The notes under the pieces were generated by a model. It saw only the letters and a list, made by a program, of their open reading frames with translations, had not been told where the DNA came from and did not search any database. This document shows positions 59,061 to 64,000 of a stretch of DNA of 64,000 nt, piece by piece. Both the position numbers and the translations under genes were made by a program. Position 1 is the stretch's first letter, and each line of letters begins with the position of its first letter. This stretch comes from Candidatus Bathyarchaeia archaeon (lineage in GTDB: Archaea; Thermoproteota; Bathyarchaeia; 40CM-2-53-6): NCBI GenBank assembly GCA_049513715.1, contig JBEKVV010000005.1, positions 158,048-222,047 of the forward strand, read 5' to 3'.

Positions 59061-59341
59061 ATTCCGAAACAGGTTCGGCAGAGCTTCTCGGCTGCAATCA
59101 AAGTAGGCCCGGAACCTAGGAATGGATCCAGAATTGTCTTTGAGGGAAAGAGGCCCAACAGGTCAACAATCAGCTCCACCGGTTTCTCGGTTGGATGCTC
59201 TGGTCGACCACTAACGCGTCTTTCACGAAACACGTTACCTCTGAACCAGTCCAGTTTCGGGGTGCCATTGTAGAATGCGTGGATCTGCTCATACTGCGCG
59301 CAAAGCTGGCTTTGCTGCGTGTGTTCTGAGACCTTCGACAT
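59042..59341 (-). pseudogene. Fragment of an N4/N6 DNA methyltransferase (beta-class C-terminal part)
   Basis: HPTEKPVELI and ILDPFLGSG.T.IAAE.L.R.C.GIE; catalytic xPPY part absent. Confidence 0.75.
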
Positions 59342-59347
59342 GGCCTT

Positions 59348-59611
59348 TCACCGAGTACTGAAGGACAAACGCTTGACGGGTTGTTCGACGTGGCGGACTC
59401 CTAGTAACGTCGGAGATTGATCATCGGTTCCGAGTGAGTATGCAATGGTGATTTCCTTGCCTATCAAGTGTCGCAGGTGCCGTTCGCTTACGCCCCTTGG
59501 TCGCGTTGAGAGCTTCAGCGTTATACTGCCTAGGTCGAGTTCAAGTATAACCCCGGATTTTGTTTTATGTAGCTTCTTTAGCGAACCTTTTGCTTCGCAA
59601 ATGCTGGCCAT
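59348..59611 (-). CDS. Hypothetical protein
   Basis: 87-aa ORF co-oriented with the MTase fragment. Confidence 0.4.
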   Translation of the reverse strand: MASICEAKGSLKKLHKTKSGVILELDLGSITLKLSTRPRGVSERHLRHLIGKEITIAYSLGTDDQSPTLLGVRHVEQPVKRLSFSTR

Positions 59612-59743
59612 GCTGTATTATTATATGCTGAGAAATGGTTAGATGCTTTCAGATCTCACCTATGTGCCAATCGCAGTTAGATGAGAAATGGATATACCTC
59701 TGACGTAGTTTTTCTCAAAAATTGAGAAATCCGGGAAAGTTCT

Positions 59744-60541
59744 ATGCCAAGAAAACGGGTGGAAATGAAAGGGAGAAAGAAGGATCCCAGTCTTGATGCC
59801 GTTATCGTTTGGTTGCTGCATAAGAACGCCCCGTTGCGGTATGATTGTCTGGAGAAGGGTGTGGCTGAGAAAGCCCGGCTAATGGACCAAATGAACAGGC
59901 CGTCATTCAAGAAGAAAATAAAGTACGACTATCTCCGAATGCTGCTAGATGAGAAAATTGTTCGCAAGCTGATCCATGATCATCAAGACTACTACGCACT
60001 GTTTGACTACGCCCCTAAAGACGCAGAGGTTGTCTGGATCATCGAGGAATTCCTTCGAAAACATGGAAGCTGGCCCAGCATTGAACAGATAGGCGGAAAG
60101 ATGGGTATCACTCCAAAAGAGGCAGAGCGGATTGCCTACAAACTTGCACCGCTGACAGGTTGGAGCACGGCTGCGCCTGACGACACCGATTACCAAGACT
60201 TCGTAGGTCGCTTGGAATTAGCGGCTTGGATAAGGATTGGTTGTAGAGAGACGAAATTCGTCAGGGAACATTGGACGCCTAATGACATCAAATGCGCTGA
60301 AAGTCTTCTATCTCGTTATCCGGATCTCCTGCCGATCATAAACGCCTATGAAGGCGAGAGCGAAAAGATATTCCACTACACCTTTAGATGGCCAGACTCA
60401 CCGATTCAAACAAACCTCGATGCGATGCGTGTTCACAAGGCCAATCGGAGCGACTTCAGAGGATCTACCGGACTAAGAATTCAGAAACGAGACAAAACTG
60501 CCCGCTCGTCAACGCCGGAGGCAGGCGATATCGTTACTTAG
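59744..60541 (+). CDS. Hypothetical protein, possible HTH domains
   Basis: 265 aa; WPSIEQIGGKMGITPKEA HTH-like segment; converges on the integrase. Confidence 0.55.
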   Translation: MPRKRVEMKGRKKDPSLDAVIVWLLHKNAPLRYDCLEKGVAEKARLMDQMNRPSFKKKIKYDYLRMLLDEKIVRKLIHDHQDYYALFDYAPKDAEVVWIIEEFLRKHGSWPSIEQIGGKMGITPKEAERIAYKLAPLTGWSTAAPDDTDYQDFVGRLELAAWIRIGCRETKFVREHWTPNDIKCAESLLSRYPDLLPIINAYEGESEKIFHYTFRWPDSPIQTNLDAMRVHKANRSDFRGSTGLRIQKRDKTARSSTPEAGDIVT

Positions 60542-61497
60542 ACTCCAAGTTGCGGTATGAAGGCCAAGTAAGCACGCCTCAGTTCCTGCCTATCGACGCG
60601 GTCGTAAATGTCGATCGCTTCTCGCCTCCGATCACCTCTCAGAATTTTGATAAATTCACGGTCCATTCCCGCACGTCGTAGATGCGTAGTGAAAAAGTGT
60701 CGAAAGCAATGTGGTGTGAGATGGTCTTCAGGTCTCGTCGATTCCGGATTGTGCAGTCCAACGGCCGTCGCGTATTTGACTGTCAGTTGGTATATGCCAT
60801 GGCGCTTCAGTCTGCCGCCTCGCTCACCCACAAATAGCGCAGGTGTTTCTGGGTGAAGATTCTCCCTTTGCGTCAGCCAACGTTTCAGTAAACGTGCTGC
60901 TTCATCGTCAAAAAAAACTGTTCGACCACTCCGTTTCTTGAATTGCTTTCGCTGCAGTGTCATCGACTGCTCAGTCCAATCGATATCGGTAATGTTCAAT
61001 GAAATCAGTTCCCCCCGCCTCAGGCCAGTCTTCGCAAGCAGCGTCAATATGGCCTTGTCACGGCTATCAACAATTGAGTTGATCAGCATGCTCATCTGTT
61101 CCACTGAAATTAGCTTGCGCGGTGATTCAACGTCACCTTCCATCTCTTTCTTGTATGGGGTCAAGTAGCGTTTCCGCACTTCCGGGACAGGATTCTTCCC
61201 AACATAATCTTCGAAAGCCAAAAACCTATAGAAGCTAGAGATGCCGGACACTTCGTTTTCAATAGTCTTCTGATCAGTCCCATTAGACCTCCTCACCCTA
61301 ATGTAATCTTGCAGGACGTGTTTGTCAACATCAACAGGTCGAACATTCCCCTGCTCAATGAACTTCAAGAATTGCTGGGTAATGGATTTGTAGCGTCTGA
61401 TAGTCTCATTGGTGAGTCCCCTAATTCGACAGTCCTCCACGAACAAGTAAAGAAGCTTCTCTGGGCTGGGAGCCTGAACGATGATTTGTTGGCTCAT
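60538..61497 (-). CDS. Tyrosine recombinase/integrase (Xer-like architecture)
   Basis: N-terminal SAM-like domain (RGLT.ETI.RY; SFYRFL...KNP), TGLRRGEL, FKKRS, PHCFRHFFTT, LRGD...AIDIY. Confidence 0.95.
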   Translation of the reverse strand: MSQQIIVQAPSPEKLLYLFVEDCRIRGLTNETIRRYKSITQQFLKFIEQGNVRPVDVDKHVLQDYIRVRRSNGTDQKTIENEVSGISSFYRFLAFEDYVGKNPVPEVRKRYLTPYKKEMEGDVESPRKLISVEQMSMLINSIVDSRDKAILTLLAKTGLRRGELISLNITDIDWTEQSMTLQRKQFKKRSGRTVFFDDEAARLLKRWLTQRENLHPETPALFVGERGGRLKRHGIYQLTVKYATAVGLHNPESTRPEDHLTPHCFRHFFTTHLRRAGMDREFIKILRGDRRREAIDIYDRVDRQELRRAYLAFIPQLGV

Positions 61498-62018
61498 TCA
61501 GATACCCACCTCCAACCGTGATGCGTTTTTCGAACCAGCCCATAGGCTTCCAAGTTCTCCAGCTGATTACTCACCGCCTTTACAAGATCACTTTCTTTTG
61601 GACTAATGCGGAGCAGGTGCAGCAGATGGTCGGAGTCTATTGCCTCACCTTTCTTTAGAAGGTCAATCAGCTTCCGATCATACTTGCGAACCCCTTGGAA
61701 TCCATCATCTAGAAATGGTGCGGCCCTATACCTACGAAGTTCAGCCTCAACTCGCTCCAAGGCCAGTTTAACGATTTCATTCTCACGGGTCAGCTTCTGA
61801 ATTTCCTCATCCTTCTTTCGGAGGTGTTCAATCATCTTGGCTCTTGGTTCGTAACGTTCTTCACCCGCTTCTTGGCGTAGGGAGTTGGTTGCATGTTCGT
61901 GGATAAATTTTGAAAGTGTAACGTGGTTTTTCTTCGCTTTCGTCTTCCAGTCTTCCATTTCCTTCTCTGATTTCAGGTAGATGTAGACGGTGCGGTTCTG
62001 CAGTTGAGATCTTGGCAT
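61494..62018 (-). CDS. Predicted DNA-binding accessory protein (RHH-like N-terminus, coiled coil, winged-helix-like C-terminus), coupled to the integrase
   Basis: TVYIYL...WK.KA....TLSKFI; coiled coil; LENLEAYGLVRKT..GWRW; stop overlaps integrase ATG (ATGA). Confidence 0.7.
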   Translation of the reverse strand: MPRSQLQNRTVYIYLKSEKEMEDWKTKAKKNHVTLSKFIHEHATNSLRQEAGEERYEPRAKMIEHLRKKDEEIQKLTRENEIVKLALERVEAELRRYRAAPFLDDGFQGVRKYDRKLIDLLKKGEAIDSDHLLHLLRISPKESDLVKAVSNQLENLEAYGLVRKTHHGWRWVSE

Positions 62019-62052
62019 GCTGAACGGAGAAAACGTACTCAAAATGGGCTAT

Positions 62053-62096
62053 TATGTGTACCGGTAAAATGGTGCGGGGGAGGGGATTTGAACCCC
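62053..62096. promoter_or_regulatory. tRNA-proximal att site: inverted arm + tRNA 3' end + T-arm core
   Basis: TATGTGTACCGGTAAAA (reverse complement of the R1 right arm, one mismatch over 16 bp)-TGGTGCGGGGGA-GGGG-ATTTGAA-CCCC. Confidence 0.85.
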
Positions 62097-62274
62097 TGAA
62101 CCCCTGCGGGACGAGGTCTCTTAACATTCCTCGGTTTCGAATGTTCCTGAGCTTCGCGTACACATGGTTCCTTGATGCGTCTCGCGCCTTTGACCTGGCC
62201 TCGCCCTCCCATCTTTTCATTTGAGAGTTGGGCGCTGGGGGGCAAAGCCACCTCTTTGCGGTGCCTACCCCCGC
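62070..62274 (-). tRNA. tRNA-Leu(CAG) with multiple introns
   Basis: Acceptor GCGGGGG/CCCCCGC-A-CCA; T-loop TTCAAAT; Leu variable arm TCCCGCAGGGGT; anticodon arm CGAGG-CT-CAG-GA-CCTCG restored by removing 62118-62145 (37/38) and 62153-62180 (30/31); extra hairpin inserts in the D-arm region. Confidence 0.85.
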
Positions 62275-62557
62275 TTAAGCCAGGGTCCTACCCCGCACAC
62301 AAATCCCGTACGCTAGGCCGGTTCAATTAAAGCTAACGCGCACACCCGTCACAAAGCCATCGAGTGCTTCTTCGCCGACATAAAAGTGACCCCTCCCATC
62401 GTTAGTGAGTTTTCACGTCATAGTTCTAGACGAGGGAGAAATGGAAGACCTTCTCGCCCAAGCGCACGCAAGTGATTTTCGTTTACGTTTTCAGGATTCG
62501 CGAGAACGAAAATTCTGGTGGAAGCTCCGCTGACTCAGAAAAAAAGGCTTGCTCGGT

Positions 62558-62830
62558 CTAGTAGGTGTAGTACATGCGTGGCGTCGGTGCAAAGTAAGGC
62601 GAGAAGTACGGTGCGTAGAAGCCGCCAAAGTATGGGGCAGGGAACGGATATGGATACCACCAGTACCCAGGCCTCGTCAAGGCGTACGCGGTTGCTCCCA
62701 CACCGAGCCCAGCAAGAGCTCCTACTCCTAAGCCCAAACCGGCACCAGTCAAGCCAGCTGCTGCGTAACCGAGGGACCCACCTGCTGCTGCTCCCAAGAG
62801 AGCACCAGCTGCAAGAAGAAAGATTGGCAT
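62558..62830 (-). CDS. Small Gly/Ala-rich membrane protein with Tyr/Pro-rich tail
   Basis: Glycine-zipper-like hydrophobic N-terminus; repeated APYF units. Confidence 0.65.
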   Translation of the reverse strand: MPIFLLAAGALLGAAAGGSLGYAAAGLTGAGLGLGVGALAGLGVGATAYALTRPGYWWYPYPFPAPYFGGFYAPYFSPYFAPTPRMYYTY

Positions 62831-63053
62831 CTCAGATTCTCCACAGACCCTGTTCGCCTACGCCAATATAGCGTTTTGTCGCGGGGTACGGAAGCCATTG
62901 CACAGTTGGCTGCAATAATCTCTGTTGAGTTTATTGGTTATTGAGGCAACATAGCAACTCGAGTACGTATCATCCAACACAGGCCCCGCTGCGTAGAAGC
63001 GGTAGAAGGAAAAATTCCGGTTAAAGGGGAAATTGAGAAATGGTTAGGGGAGG

Positions 63054-63449
63054 TTACGCGAAGGGCCCGACGCCTTCGGTAATCTTGATGGCTTGCACGG
63101 GGCATTGGATTTCGCATGCCCTGCAGAATATGCAATCCCTTTCTCTCATCGGGTCGGCTTTCCATCGGTCGAGCAGCGTCTTGCCGCTGTCGTTGGGAAC
63201 CTTCTTGTCGATCTTCTCCTGTTCAGCTGGGAAGTCCATCTTGTCGAATACGTTTGTTGGGCAGACTGAGATGCAGATCCCGTCAGCGATGCATATGTCG
63301 AAGTCTACTGCGACCGCGACACCGTGGACGCCGTACTCCTTGCTGACACCATCCTTCCACCTTACCTCGTGGCCTTCATGGTCTTCCTTCTTGGGCCATT
63401 CGTTGGGGAAGCTTGCGTCGTCAATAATCCGTCTTTCCGTCATTTTCAA
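63054..63449 (-). CDS. 4Fe-4S dicluster ferredoxin family protein
   Basis: CIADGICISVCP and CIFCRACEIQCP. Confidence 0.9.
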   Translation of the reverse strand: MKMTERRIIDDASFPNEWPKKEDHEGHEVRWKDGVSKEYGVHGVAVAVDFDICIADGICISVCPTNVFDKMDFPAEQEKIDKKVPNDSGKTLLDRWKADPMRERDCIFCRACEIQCPVQAIKITEGVGPFA

Positions 63450-63627
63450 ACACCTAGCAAGAGCGGGGAATGCAGGGACACATTAAGAAGATTTGCGTGT
63501 CACATCTGAACCCGACAATTAGACGAATCCCGTTGAACCCTTGCAAGTTTGGGTTCTGTTAACTTGTCGGCTCATTGCTTTCACCGACCTCTCCTGCCTA
63601 AAAGTGCCGGAAGGTAGAGGCTAACTC

Positions 63628-64000
63628 ATGCGGGCGGTCAAAGCCGTTCAACAGCACTACACGCCCGGGCCCGAGATTCTCCAGATGCTTGAGCAGTTCC
63701 GCCAAATGCTTAACGACTGCGTACGGATTGGGCTTGCGGAGAATGTGACCAGCCTCAAGTCACTCTCCCTCAAAGCATACGATCAACTTGCAACCTACGA
63801 TGCCATGAGTTACTACAAACTCTGCGCAATCAGCAAAGCCACCGGTATCCTGCGAAACTATCGCAAAGCCAGAAGGAAGAATCCGGAAATAAAGGACCCT
63901 TACGCACGGCGGCCGCAGTTAACAACATGCTATGGCTTCAAAATCAAAACGTTAGAAGGGGCGCTCTTGCTGCCATTCAAGCCCAAGCAACCGTTATCCA
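63628..64000 (+). mobile_element. 5' part of an IS200/IS605-family TnpB-like gene (runs off the window edge)
   Basis: Manual translation MRAVKAVQQHY...LEQFRQMLNDCVRIGL...SLKSLS..AY..L......YKLCAISKATGIL.NYRK resembles archaeal TnpB N-termini; RuvC/Zn domains not in window. Confidence 0.6.

Larger units (their letters stand above)
1620..62096. mobile_element. tRNA-Leu-anchored genomic island / cassette array with tyrosine recombinase
   Basis: tRNA 3' end (TGGTGCGGGGGAGGGGATTT on +, 62070-62089) is duplicated at 1986-2005 and partly at 24553-24570; integrase next to tRNA; 14 co-oriented R1 sites inside; left boundary approximate. Confidence 0.8.

Noticed and set aside
1986..61497. Canonical integron (IntI + attC)
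   Set aside because: R1 lacks RYYYAAC/GTTRRRY ends and the long attC hairpin; the recombinase has LRGD rather than the IntI LLGH region; cargo genes lie in both orientations.
325..63509. Numerous short ORFs antisense to or nested in well-supported genes (e.g. 10169-10702, 21156-21569, 51470-52018, 63040-63486)
   Set aside because: Shadow frames of genes that have clear family motifs.

Overview
Archaeal window (TFB, aIF-1A, Cdc48 fragment, intron-containing tRNA; Bathyarchaeia-like gene content is inference only). About 60 kb (~1.6-62.1 kb) forms an accessory island anchored at the 3' end of a multi-intron tRNA-Leu(CAG) (62070-62274, minus strand). Next to the tRNA lie a tyrosine recombinase (60538-61497) and a predicted DNA-binding partner (61494-62018). 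The main signal is a ~50-bp site (R1; consensus TTCAG(A/G)GATGGNNCA-GGGG-ATTTNNN-CCCC-A(A/C)TTTACCGGTACATATAAGC). I count 14 copies, some degenerate, all in the same orientation. Its core copies the tRNA T-arm, and its right arm is the inverted copy of the sequence just downstream of the tRNA. The sites divide the island into cassette-like units of 0.5-24 kb, several with a single gene, which suggests an integron-like gene-accretion array run by a non-IntI recombinase. Also present: a second repeat family (R2, CGCACCA..GACCCACACAC), stacks of tRNA 3'-end remnants, a duplicated micro-cassette encoding an unannotated 27-aa peptide, and a cdc48 gene cut at an R1 site. Cargo includes peptide uptake and peptidase genes, sulfur amino-acid enzymes, surface proteins, ubiquitin-like-domain proteins, a two-component system, stress genes and several pseudogenes. 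All calls come from reading the sequence by eye; no searches were run.
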